A stretch of DNA of 60,512 nucleotides, counting the filler, from Hausera hauseri (taxonomy: Eukaryota): the NCBI GenBank assembly GCA_046269625.1. It is 12 parts of 12 records of this genome, joined end to end, with 100 filler letters (N's around TTAATTAATTAA, not from the genome) between each part and the next. Parts side by side here need not be neighbours in the genome. Positions count along the whole stretch, not along the records: positions 1 to 5,404 come from JBJURY010261954.1; positions 5,505 to 10,419 come from JBJURY010392701.1; 10 more parts are not named here. One strand, 5' to 3'. Below, in pieces: positions 1 through 10,263 of this stretch. Below the pieces are notes generated by a model. The model had not been told where the DNA came from, did not search any database, and saw nothing but the letters and a program-made list of their open reading frames with translations. Both the position numbers and the translations under genes were made by a program. The stretch's first letter is position 1. Every line of letters starts with the position of its first letter.

Positions 1-772
1 TCGGTACTGCTTCTCGTTATAGAGCCTCGAACAAATGTAAGACGGTTGCTGCTTGATGTATAGAAAATGTTTGTGTGCGTTTATTTCCGAGTGAAACAGT
101 TAAAAATATATATTTTTCAGATATGTCGAGTGTGTAGCGTGGTGTGTAAAAGACGGGTGTGCCTAAAGTATCCGAGTTGTAACGGCTTGTTTTTCTGACC
201 GGGAGGATCATTGATTTGTGCTGCAATAATTTATTATTAACGTTGCGGTAAAACTGGAGAAATTTCGGGCTATTGTCAAAATATAAGGTAACCAATTTAT
301 CGGGTAAGCTTTTATATGCTAAAGATTTGGTATATTCATTAATATATGTATAAAAGAAACGTGACAGATTAATTGACTGAGGGTCATTTGATTGAGATTT
401 GGTGTGTGTGCGGTGTCTGTGGATATGTATGTTTTAGAAAAAAAATAGATAGATGAAAAGACATTTATTTTGCAAGGAAAAAGAAATGAAGAAGTATGTG
501 CCACTTCGATAGTATAGCGTGTCAGCCGGGACCCGGTCATAACCAAAATCGTTCCGAATAGAGGTTCCGTATATTCGTCAGCAGTATATGTTTTAAATAT
601 CGTGGCCGGGTATAAGGATGTAATTGCTGCAATATGTATTACCGTATTTATTTTATTAAACATTTTCATAATCTTTTCATCTCGATACAACGGATCTCGT
701 TGTAAAAACAGTCGGACGTACGCTACGTCGATATTACGAAATATTTGCTGCATTGCGTACCGNNNNNNNNNN

Positions 773-1137
773 AATACAGATTCCCAGTGACATGCACAAG
801 GATGCTTCAACAGTAAATAATGCGCTGAAAGCGAGGCCCAATTTACTATTAACCAAATCGATCTTCCTGACGGAGAAATATACATGCAATATGAATACTA
901 AATGTGATAATAAAAGTGGAACATGCGTGGACAAAAATACTTGATCAATATACGAATTTCGATTTTAAATTCAACAGGATCATAAATATTAATATTGTAT
1001 ATTGCTTTCAAATTCAAAATAGTAGTGGTTAAAAGCCTTTTGTCATAAGTTTTCAACAGAAATGTTATAGCATGTTTAACGGGTATTTGATTCAATTGTT
1101 AAAAAATACCAGAAATACCTGTCTTTTCCCGAGGAAG
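773..1137 (-). pseudogene. SCAP: SCAP (SREBP cleavage-activating protein) fragment: end of luminal loop 1 and start of the sterol-sensing domain
   Basis: VYFSVRKIDLVNSKLGLAFSALFTVEASLCMSLGIC matches SCAP [37 protein letters not shown]. Upstream PREKTGISG..PVKHAITFLLKTYD resembles the preceding loop. In-frame stop at 1099-1101 and a frameshift near 920. Confidence 0.8.
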
Positions 1138-3219
1138 TTTAATGATCAGAAAACCAGATCTTGTGACTATCAGCAAACAAAATTGTTCTCGTTCAAACCG
1201 ACCAAAGAGTATTCCAGTAATAGTATTTGCAATGATCAATGTCTCAAAGAGATCTTGATCTTTGTAAATTTGAATGTTGCTATTGCTGAGGTAAACAATA
1301 ACTCCCGATGTTTTATGCTGGCCGCTTTCAAATAACGTCATGCTGATAAGTGATGATGGTAATTGTTTCCGCCAGACTTCATGGCCTTTTGGACTATAAC
1401 ACCGTAACGTATCGTCATCAGGTGCCAAACAAGTTTTAATAATGTAAATTATAAAACAATCCATATTGTCTGGGCTCAGAACAGAATGATTTTGTCGTAA
1501 ATTATAATTGCAAATCAAATTCAGAATATCAGCCGCCGAATTACACGACATCGATAATATGGGCAAACTGGATGATTCATGTGATAGACAAGCTGCATCT
1601 AGTACAAGTTTGTTAGAACCTCGAATCAATATGGAGACCGTTTTAAACGGATAATCAGTTCCAAAGACATAAATTATCTTTGATACGCCAACTGAAACTT
1701 CTTCAACTTTCTTTGCTGATCCCAAACAATCATCCGTAAAGTGTTCAATTGAAGCAACAGGCTTGCAGCCTAATGTTTTGCAAATGAACTCGGTTTTTTC
1801 CTTCGGAATAGATTTTATGACCATTATATTAGCCTTACAGAAAAAATGTAAAGCTAAGTTATTAACCGAATCACGCAAAACATTTTTTTGAACAAACAGA
1901 ACATTGTAACCAGTTGATTTTATAGTTTTCATTATGTTTAAAATATACTTCCTTTCATCCTTTAAAACCCTATCCATTTGAGTATAATCTGACGCGACGA
2001 TGCTCTGTTCCATCTCGGCCTTAGGTGGGGCGACGTAAAACTGTATAAATCCTCTTTTGGCATTCGCCGCATTAAAAACATTGCATAGAAATTCTACACA
2101 TCGATCAATAAGCAATCCGTCAACGAGTTTAGTGTCTTCAACTGTGCCACCGATATTATCAACAATATTTACATCATTTATATTGACTGAATTTGGCAAA
2201 GAATCATGCTGGATTTTTAACACGGCATCTATAGAAATTGGAGATAAAACTGATGAATATTGAGAAACAACTTTCGAGTTTAACGACGTCGATGCTATTT
2301 TTAAAAGATTATATCGATCACTCAAATTAACATGAAATGCCATTTTTTTAACAATTTGCTGAGCATATTTAGAAACCAAATGTATAGAATTCCATGCTTC
2401 AAAAATGACGATATATATATACATCGACTTTCCAGAGAGAAAGAATTGATGAGTATTGTAATAAACATCTTGGCCTGTAGAAATTTGAAGTTTTTCTCCA
2501 TTAGGTAAATCTATCGTCCATTTGCCAATGTCAGTATCATCGGTAATGTTTTTACTGTCGTTATTTATTAGCTGCTTTGCAGTATCATCAGATGATGTTA
2601 GAGCGTATAAAAGGCTTGTTTTACCCGCTTCACCGAGTCCCACAAACATTAATTTTGCCTGGTTGCATGTTACGGTTTCGGCCAACAGAAATCTCATGTA
2701 CGACAAAATTGCTTCACTACCGCGAGCAACAATTTCTTCTGTCGGTATGGTACAGACTTCAGAAGCTATCTTTTCCAATAGATGATTATTACTCACGTTA
2801 AATCGAACCAAATTCTGGAGTTTTACGATCTTTGACGAGACAAATCGAATACTTTGATACTGAATTGCCAGATTGGTTGGATGGACTACGTCAAGTATAT
2901 TAAGTCGTTGCATGCTCTTCATTTGATAAGATGTATCGAGTAGAGATTTCAATTTAAACATTTCTCGAATATTCAAATACTTCAAATTCTCAAATCTCCA
3001 AAAGGATTCATCTGGAATGAATGGAATAGTGTACCCGATCAACGTAAAGTGTAAACAACACAAAAATCGTAAACTCGAATCGGACGTTCGTCGATTTAAT
3101 TGTTCGCGGTATCTAGCAATTTGATTAGAAATATTTCTCCATTCGAGTATCATTTGTAAAACGACAGAATAATATAATGATGTACTCTTTACCAACTTTA
3201 TCCAATATTCGCCTTTCAC
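1099..3219 (-). CDS. 706-aa chimeric ORF of host gene fragments: unknown N-term + LRR-ROC (Roco) + CCT4 + unknown + BBS1 + start of SCAP
   Basis: One open frame in the ORF track with successive segments matching unrelated proteins. Expression is unknown. Confidence 0.6.
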   Translation of the reverse strand: MKGEYWIKLVKSTSLYYSVVLQMILEWRNISNQIARYREQLNRRTSDSSLRFLCCLHFTLIGYTIPFIPDESFWRFENLKYLNIREMFKLKSLLDTSYQMKSMQRLNILDVVHPTNLAIQYQSIRFVSSKIVKLQNLVRFNVSNNHLLEKIASEVCTIPTEEIVARGSEAILSYMRFLLAETVTCNQAKLMFVGLGEAGKTSLLYALTSSDDTAKQLINNDSKNITDDTDIGKWTIDLPNGEKLQISTGQDVYYNTHQFFLSGKSMYIYIVIFEAWNSIHLVSKYAQQIVKKMAFHVNLSDRYNLLKIASTSLNSKVVSQYSSVLSPISIDAVLKIQHDSLPNSVNINDVNIVDNIGGTVEDTKLVDGLLIDRCVEFLCNVFNAANAKRGFIQFYVAPPKAEMEQSIVASDYTQMDRVLKDERKYILNIMKTIKSTGYNVLFVQKNVLRDSVNNLALHFFCKANIMVIKSIPKEKTEFICKTLGCKPVASIEHFTDDCLGSAKKVEEVSVGVSKIIYVFGTDYPFKTVSILIRGSNKLVLDAACLSHESSSLPILSMSCNSAADILNLICNYNLRQNHSVLSPDNMDCFIIYIIKTCLAPDDDTLRCYSPKGHEVWRKQLPSSLISMTLFESGQHKTSGVIVYLSNSNIQIYKDQDLFETLIIANTITGILFGRFEREQFCLLIVTRSGFLIIKLPREKTGISGIF
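1138..1420 (-). pseudogene. BBS1: BBS1 (Bardet-Biedl syndrome 1, BBSome) beta-propeller fragment within the chimeric ORF
   Basis: TLRCYSPKGHEVWRKQLPSSLISMTL...LSNSNIQIYKD...ITGILFGRFEREQFCLLIVTRSGFLIIKL matches BBS1 [22 protein letters not shown]...LANGEVRIYRD...[29 protein letters not shown]. Confidence 0.8.
1588..2390 (-). pseudogene. CCT4: CCT4 / TCP-1 delta chaperonin fragment (intermediate and apical domains only) within the chimeric ORF
   Basis: STSLNSKVVSQYSSVLSPISIDAV, IVASDYTQMDRVLKDERKYILN, LRDSVNNLALHF and TVSILIRGSNKLVL are CCT4-diagnostic. The ATP-binding equatorial motif GDGTT is absent. Confidence 0.92.
2400..3050 (-). pseudogene. Roco-family LRR + truncated ROC GTPase fragment
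   Basis: LRR units (LKYLNI, LQNLVRFNVSNNHL), then PTEEIVARGSEAILSYMRFL, P-loop KLMFVGLGEAGKTSLL and GQDVYYNTHQFFLS. The WDFAG (G3) motif is deleted and there is no COR domain. Confidence 0.8.
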
Positions 3220-3323
3220 ATTTTGATAATTACAATTTTGCGGAAGACTATTTTCAACTTGGACAATGATCGCATCTAATTCTCGTTTCGATGATGTAGT
3301 AAACTGAAACGAGCCGAATCCCG

Positions 3324-4209
3324 TTACGCCGATATGGAATCGGAGTCCGTTCCGTTGATAATATCAACGACTGCTGATGATATAATCAAACCATCTAGAT
3401 TGGATAATAACGATTTGGGAATTTTTCGAATTTGCATTTGAGACAGTCGAATAGGCTGTGAAATCATTCCAGGATTCGGTATTCCATAAACCTTCTGTTG
3501 TAATATATTCACCTTTTTCATTATAAATGTTTTCCATGATGCAAATTCATCCATTTCGAAGCCTTTATACAGTTGAATCAATGTTATTATGACGCATTTG
3601 CTGATCTCTTCCGTATCTCCAATTAACCGAATCTGATTCAGCTGATGACGATTGCTCAACCCTTGAAACGATTGAGCATAACTCCCGAGACCATAGAGAA
3701 ACAAATCGGGTTTCGTACAAATTCGAGCAAAGTGCAACAAACTACAGTCCGTCAAAAAATGGATTTGCAATGGAAATATTTCCGCACTTGTGCTGAGAAC
3801 ATTAGAAACTAACGACCATACAGAAACGGCGGAAACTGGTGTTAAGTAAAAGCTATAGCGACTTACAAGAAGGGAATTTTTTATCATTAGCTTTATAAGT
3901 TTGAGTCGATTGACCATTAGTTGTATTGGATGGCATGAGCAAAAATTGACCGCATGCCAATAAATGAGATTCGATGAACTTGTTCAAGATGTGACTATCG
4001 GTTTCTCGACGTAAAATCAAACGACAAAACGATTCCATTACATGGGGACAGACATAGTAATTATCAAGGGGCTCAGCAAACATGGACAACATTAGGAGAT
4101 GACTGAACAGAAATTTTACATGTATAGACATGGCGGATATAATCGCATTTGGAATATAAATCGTCCGACCGACTACTCGAACGAAATACGGAAGGCCAAA
4201 AGTTTGCAA
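3324..4209 (-). pseudogene. Degraded protein-like coding sequence, unidentified (two overlapping ORFs joined by a probable frameshift)
   Basis: ORFs 3853-4209 and 3324-3917 are co-oriented with the chimera and have globular-protein composition. No family recognised. Confidence 0.3.
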
Positions 4210-4526
4210 ATCGGATAGAACATTCGGATCAAGAACTTTGTTTAAATAAACGGATTAATTAGGCTTAATACCCCAGATGATGTAATTCATATTGGCGAAG
4301 ATTCTTCGGTGATTCAAAACAAAGATTTAAGTGGCTTTATAAGTTTAACATTGTCATTTTCGTTAATTACGCTTGATACAATTTTTGAAACTTTTGAAGC
4401 AATTTACATATAACCAAAAAGCAGAATAAGAATTGAACATGATGAAGTAAAGCGTCCAAGTGATTTGTCTATGCGCAATTTGTACATAAGGATAGAGTAT
4501 CTGATTCTTTATATTCAAATTCTAGG

Positions 4527-4905
4527 TTGTTTAAAAGTGTTAGTTTAATCATGGAGTCTATATCCGTTTCTGACCTTTTTGACATACCCGATGAGTACGG
4601 AAAGGTGACGTCCCAAGATAACGCTGCGTTTATAAGTTTATCACCATATAATCGAGCTTATTACGTAGAAACAAGTAACATTCCTAGAAATACGAAAAAG
4701 GATGATTTGCTACAATTTTTCCAGATATATTTGAATGATAGAAAATTTGGTTTTCTCGATTATCTGAATAATTTTATTTGCTTAATAAACGCTGACGATG
4801 AGAGAACATTATTGACGATTCTTAAAGTAAGAAGTAGACCAATTAAGGATATTCCACTACGTGTTGTTGTTACTCCTCGACCGCAATTTCGATCATTGTC
4901 AACAG
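4527..4905 (+). CDS. Exon or fragment with a degenerate RRM-like domain (eIF4B/4H-like)
   Basis: Preceded by a ttctag acceptor. SPYNRAYYVETSNIPRNTKKDDLLQFF...LRVVV resembles an RRM. The ORF runs on into repeat sequence after about 4910. Confidence 0.35.
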
Positions 4906-4914
4906 TAGGTAGAT

Positions 4915-5365
4915 GTGAGCACATGACGCCAGTACCCCACCCCCAGGGAAGGAAGGAAGCCAATGAGAGGCGAGCACATCATCGGGGTAAGGAAAACTGG
5001 TCAATGAGAGGAGGACACGTCATCGTGGGGTAAGGAAAACTGGCCAATGGGAGAGCAGTATTCGGTAGACAAAGGAATTTCTGGCGTAGTCGGGGTTTCA
5101 CTATTCCCACCCCCAAATTTTATATGGGAAAAATTGGCGTAGTCGTGGTTTCAATATTCCCACCCCTTTTGTTTTAATTTCTGTAGTGAACAAAGAGATT
5201 TCTGGCGTACTCGGGGTTTCACTATTCTCACCCCACTTGGTGCAATCTGATTGGTCGGTGATTTTGTCAGTGCAAAGTCATTTTCTGACGTGATCGTGGT
5301 TTCACTACTCCCACCCCGAGAACAAAGCATTTCAGCTGCAGACCGGGTTTCACTATTGCCAGAAC
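4915..5365. repeat. GC-richer repeat block, probably a mobile-element terminus: two copies of CATCG(T)GGGGTAAGGAAAACTGG(T/C)CAATG and five copies of TGGCGTAGTCG(G/T)GGTTTCACTATTCCCACCCC
   Basis: Motif copies start near 5081, 5135, 5202, 5285 and 5341 (last one partial). Several CCAAT/ATTGG boxes. Confidence 0.7.
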
Positions 5366-5404
5366 AAATTTTAGTAAATTTTGTTGCCCACACATTGCTT
5401 TTGT

Positions 5405-5504
5405 NNNNNNNNNNNNNNNNNNNNNNNNNNNNNNNNNNNNNNNNNNNNTTAATTAATTAANNNNNNNNNNNNNNNNNNNNNNNNNNNNNNNNNNNNNNNN
5501 NNNN
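5405..5504. other. Artificial contig-joining linker (44 N + TTAATTAATTAA + 44 N); identical linkers at 10420-10519, 14731-14830, 20274-20373, 24809-24908, 30272-30371, 35259-35358, 39380-39479, 45362-45461, 49512-49611, 55708-55807
   Basis: The same 100-bp structure occurs 11 times. TTAATTAATTAA gives stops in all six frames, and sequence on either side is unrelated. Confidence 0.97.
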
Positions 5505-6150
5505 CGATTGGGCTTAACATTGGACTATATGGTGCTAATCTCAGTATTATGTCTGCACAAAACTCCTGCTCTTGTTAAACTTCTTCGATGTTAGTGTGGC
5601 AAGGTGCGTTGTCAGTTACCATAATAATAGGTGCACTATGTTTGATCATTGCTTCACGAAGACAGGCTCTTATCCAGGGTTTTGCGTTTTCTCTTTTAAT
5701 AGAACCTTTTCCTATTTCATATTTTATAAGTCTTTTAGAGCCGGCAGCTATAGATGTGCATCTCGTTTCTTTAACCGATCTATTTTGTTATCTTGAAATA
5801 TGAATGTTTAGATTTGTTTTGTCCATGAATAAGATGGATACATTTTGAGATTGAAATTCTAACAGGTTTTCTACAAACTTCTTCCTCTTTTCTTTGTTCT
5901 CTATGCTCTATCCCCATTCAAGTTCATACCGCACATTTTTCAGTGAGTAGCAGAGAAAATCAAGTTTTCTTGAAATTGTTTTTCTTGAAATTGAAGTTGA
6001 AAATCTTTCTTCAAATGCAGCAGTAAGTTCAATCAATGTGATCCTGCAATTTTTTTCAATCATTTCAATAAAATAATCTAAGTGGACTTGTTGAAATTTT
6101 TAAATCTTTCCTCCTCGTTTGTCTACGGTTTCTCCCTCTGCTACCCAACG
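5505..6150 (-). mobile_element. IS630/Tc1/mariner-superfamily transposase pseudogene (apparently DD35E)
   Basis: Manual translation: MIEKNCRITLIEL..ISRKTISRKL (HTH), ILFMDKTN (D1), IMVTDNAPCH (D2), RLAPYSPMLSPI then contig end at the expected E. Several in-frame stops. Confidence 0.85.
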
Positions 6151-6287
6151 ATACGCCGTCGATATGAATCACCGACAGATAAAAGAAAAGATAAATTAAT
6201 ACATCTAAGTATTTCATCAGAAAAAGCAGATGCCTATTACTTATAGATACCTTTACCAAAGAAAAACTAATAAACATTACAAAAATT

Positions 6288-6593
6288 AAGCCCCCATTTC
6301 TACTAATGACACTAACTCTCTTTCCATGGACCCAAGGTTAAAAAGGAATCCACCAGGTTGCCTAATCAAACATTATTAGCATAATAATAACATTTTAGCA
6401 ATTGTGAAAAAAGTAAAATTTTTAAACAACTAAAATTTTACTGTGGAATTAATGGTGGAGGCAAATTCGAAGCCGAGACTGGTCGTGCACCACCTGAAGA
6501 CGGACCTCTTGAACTTGGAGGAAGGGGTGCAACTCTCCTATTTCCACCAGGTGATGCTGGTGGAGCTTGGCCGAGGGGAGAATTACTTTCCAC
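6288..6593 (-). CDS. Two spliced exons encoding a proline-rich tail resembling the dynamin PRD
   Basis: tttttag|GTG at 6593 and GT donor at 6441. Exon encodes VESNSPLGQAPPASPGGNRRVAPLPPSSRGPSSGGARPVSASNLPPPLIP. Next acceptor near 6362. Identity is tentative. Confidence 0.35.
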
Positions 6594-7145
6594 CTAAAAA
6601 GTAACTTGTAGATGGAACAATAAGTACATATGATACAATTTTAACAAATTCGACAATTACTGAAGAAATTGTTTTCAAAAAATTTACAAATCGTAAAAAG
6701 AATCATAAACGTTACACATTAATTAAAATGAAAAGTACTAAAAATGTCAACATATATTATTCAATAATCTGCAGTAGTTTACCATAGTTTGTTCGAAAAA
6801 TCCGTAATACCTAACTGAACTTAAGTACAGAATTCGAACATTAAATAAACAAGCATGACGTATTGTGAAACATAAAAATATAGAAATCAAACCGGTCATG
6901 CTTTATAATTGTTTGAGAAACTCCGAAAACCAGATGAAGATAGTTAGAGATGATAAATATCGGAAAAGACAAGAGTGAACTGCTAGACATGCAGAAATAA
7001 TGTTTTTCGAACTGTTCGGTGGCTTAACATCAAATCGTCCTATGGGACGAAGAATTTTCATGCATTAACAAAGTTATATTGTCAAAAAAATATTGTTCAT
7101 GTTTTGGGAAACAATGTGTGTAAATATTGTCCATTGAATAATCAT

Positions 7146-7483
7146 TGTGGTGCCAACTGCAGCCGGTGCCCTTTGGCCCATTTGGTTGGGCGCGGCCGGG
7201 CGTCCGATGTCGCCGCACCGGATCAATAGTCAGGCCCGGTTCTCCACCTCGAAAGTTTTATCCATCGGATTGGAAGAAAGACTCGTTTCACTATCCTGTC
7301 CGTACATATTGTATATTAGATACTATTGAAACTTGTTTCAGATGATTGTAAAATCAAAAATCATTCAGAACAAAGAGGTTACATTTGGGGGCATACCGGC
7401 TCTCCCTATAATTGCGAGTAATGAAATAGCATCGTTCGAATTTATTATGATACAGTTGAATTCAATCCAGCAATCAACCTACA
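7146..7483 (+). mobile_element. Putative 5' LTR (TGTGGTGCC... family, copy 1)
   Basis: Starts TGT, ends CTACA, and is followed 4 nt later by PBS-like TGGTGTCAGA. The first ~60 bp are shared with copies at 21595 and 38058. Confidence 0.6.
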
Positions 7484-7487
7484 AAAA

Positions 7488-7497
7488 TGGTGTCAGA
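7488..7497 (+). promoter_or_regulatory. Primer-binding site (complementary to a tRNA-Leu-type 3' end, TCTGACACCA)
   Basis: TGGTGTCAGA immediately after the putative LTR end. Only 10 nt match. Confidence 0.5.
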
Positions 7498-8803
7498 GAC
7501 CACCTTTAGCGGCTCTCCGGTGGCCATACGCGGCCATCTTCGATACTCGCCGGCAATGCGCAGGGTTGAGCATTCCACAACAGAGCGGGGTATTGTGCGT
7601 AGGTCGGTCATCAGCTCCGGTTGTGACGCTAATGACAAAATTTGGACTTGCTGTTGTTGCATACATATTATTTTTCAACGTTTTATTTTGTGTCATTGTA
7701 CTTTTATACTCGACGTCTTACTCGTATCCAGAACCCGGATTTTGCATGCATATTTAAGATTTTCCCAGACAGCAATTTTATTACCGCACATGAGAACATC
7801 CGTAAGTGACAGGACAAATTCTATTTTTCGAGTTCTGTTTTACCGTTATATACCCAGCTTTATCAATGTAATAGGAATACAAAGCCCAGAATTACTAAAA
7901 ACCTTGTCCCTTCAAAAACTTCAAGGCTATACGCAGTTAGTCAGTGGTTTGAAATCAAGGCCCGCAAGAGTTTCTTTAACATTTCGCGACGGGAACGTCA
8001 AAAGTATTGTACATAGACAAAATGTTAGGCTCCTAGCCATGGTTCGGCTGCTTTATCACCACAATGCACATACTCGCCTCCTAACATATATCCTATAAAA
8101 TACACTTTCATAGCCAAGGATCACCTATAAAAGCAAAACTTTCGAGCAGTCCATATGCCTTCCCGGTTAACTACAGTAATATCACAGCTCTTCATACCCA
8201 GTGCTCAACCGTTACAGCAAAAAACACGACCAAACTGAAGTTACACTTATCCATAGAAATAGCACAAAAAATTCCGATACATGTCGTCAGTTTTATTCGT
8301 CGCTGAATCGGGATTCTCGTCATTTTTTATTTCATCGGGAAAGAACATTTGGGTTTTACAAAGGACCAAACAAAACATTTATACCCTACCTTAGAAACTG
8401 TGTGATCGCAATAGTCATCAAATATACATATCCGATAATACGCGTCCCGAACCTACGAGTTCTGCGGGGAGCTCGGCCACCCGAAGTTTCGGATTCACCG
8501 CGGCGAGGCTGAAGTCCCTGCCGCTCACCCTATGCCATTGGGTCATACGGCACTGTTCGCTGACGGCCCACGCCACGCCCTTGGCTATACGCACCCTTAC
8601 TTTCTCTCTTTTTAAACAATAAACACATTTATACAATTACATCAACACACGCAAACACTACAGACTTCTACAATACCATCTCCACTTTCCTTCACTCATC
8701 TGACTTTTATATCACACATAATGGCTCTACAATACCCATCACTGAAACGCTACAATCTTCAACTTATATCCACCTCCAGATACACTTCCGCATCCGTGGT
8801 GGC

Positions 8804-9888
8804 ATGAATTCATCGCCCACCATAGACACCACGGATAAAACCACCATGAAATCAAAATCTGTAATACTGCTTCAAAAACCCACCCCTACTTCCGATAATA
8901 ACCCTTCACCTACTACCTCTTCTGGTCCTTTCCATCACTGCACCAAACTCTTCATTGACAACCAAAGCTCCAGCAAAACTTGGTTGCAATTCCATCAACT
9001 CTGGCTACAGGCAAACAATATTATCGATTCCTTAACCAAGGCACACAATCTCCTCTTCTTACTCCCTAACAATATCAAAAAACGAATTCACAACATCCTT
9101 GAGATCTTTGAACTTTCTGATCCATATTCACAACTTTCCAACGCTGTTCTTAAGATCATAGAACCCTCAATGGACACGATCATACAACGGTTCTTCCACG
9201 ACAATGCTATAGGTACACAACGACCATCAGAATTTTTGAGCACGTCTTTGGCATATCTACACACTCTCGGCGTCACTAAAGAACACAATCCTGAACTACT
9301 TCGTCACTACTTTTTCAACGCCTTACCCACCTAGAATCGGGCTCTACTTACCGTGGTGGAGGACTTCACGGCCCTTGAGAAATTGGCCGAATTAGCCGAT
9401 AATACACACGACATTCTACACGTAAATTCCCACCAGTCGTTTCGGCGGCAGTTGCCACTACCGGTATCCAAAACAATAACACATCAATAGAACAACAACT
9501 AAATCAGCTACGTGCCGAAAATGCAGCACTACAAGCAACAATTAACAATATAAACAACAAATTAAACGAGCTTTCCCTGTCCCGACGAAGGGATTTTGCT
9601 ACTGACCGCGCCCTTTCTGCACCTAGAAACCGGTCACCATCGCCTGCACGCTCGTCAATTTGCTATTATCACAGGAGATTCAATAAGAATGCCAAAAAAT
9701 GCTGCCTATGGTGCAAATTTTACAACAAAAGTTTTTCTTCAGACACCGTTGTTTGCCTTTACCACGCAAAGTTTAAAAATCAAGCCCGTAAATGCACTCC
9801 AGGCTGCACTTTCCAAACAGATACGAACGATGGACGTACTACCTTTTCTTCTAATAGTAGTCCTAGTACACCTTTTCAAAAAAACTAA
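8804..9888 (+). pseudogene. gag: Gag of a CsRn1-clade Ty3/gypsy element with two CHCC zinc knuckles
   Basis: IGTQRPSEFL..LLRHYFFNALP, then CYYHRRFNKNAKKCCLWC (from 9661) and CLYHAKFKNQARKCTPGC (C-x2-H-x9-C-x3-C). Internal stop at 9332-9334 and a frameshift. Confidence 0.8.
9879..9885 (+). promoter_or_regulatory. -1 ribosomal frameshift heptamer A AAA AAC at the gag/pol junction
   Basis: In correct phase just before the gag TAA (9886-9888). The -1 frame continues into the protease. Confidence 0.7.
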
Positions 9889-9890
9889 TT

Positions 9891-10263
9891 TTGCCGCCAG
9901 AAGTCACGGCAAATTCTGGCAAAGGCACTACTTCACTTTCTGAATGCCGACACGCCTCTTTTGCTGTCTTTTATATAAAGGCTGCAATCACCGCTCTTAC
10001 AACGCAATCCGTTGATTTCCTCATTGATACAGGTGCAACGATTTCCTTATTACCAATCTTTTGCCGTACAAAATTCATCATTCAGAATTAGACCCTTATA
10101 CACAGCTTCAGGTCAATCGCTGCACATTTCTGGCACGGCTAAATTATCCTTTATCTTACCAGAATTTCCCTCACCTTTCCACTGGACGTTCACAGTTGTT
10201 AACGTTCAGACGGCAACTCTAGGGTCCGATTTTCTATCTCATTATAATTTATTGGTTGACTAA
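9891..10263 (+). pseudogene. pol: Retropepsin protease of the CsRn1-like element (truncated pol)
   Basis: FLIDTGATISLLP...LYTASGQSLHISG...FHWTFTVVNV..ATLGSDFLSHYNLLVD, with a frameshift near 10060. Confidence 0.88.

Noticed and set aside
1588-2390. Functional CCT4 or archaeal thermosome gene
   Set aside because: Both equatorial segments are missing and it is fused to unrelated eukaryotic fragments.
5081-5360. CRISPR-like repeat/spacer array
   Set aside because: Repeats diverge, spacers are unequal, there are no cas genes, and the context is eukaryotic.
5449-5460. TTAATTAATTAA as a biological motif (PacI site, piggyBac TSD)
   Set aside because: It is always centred in exactly 88 N, so it is an assembly linker.
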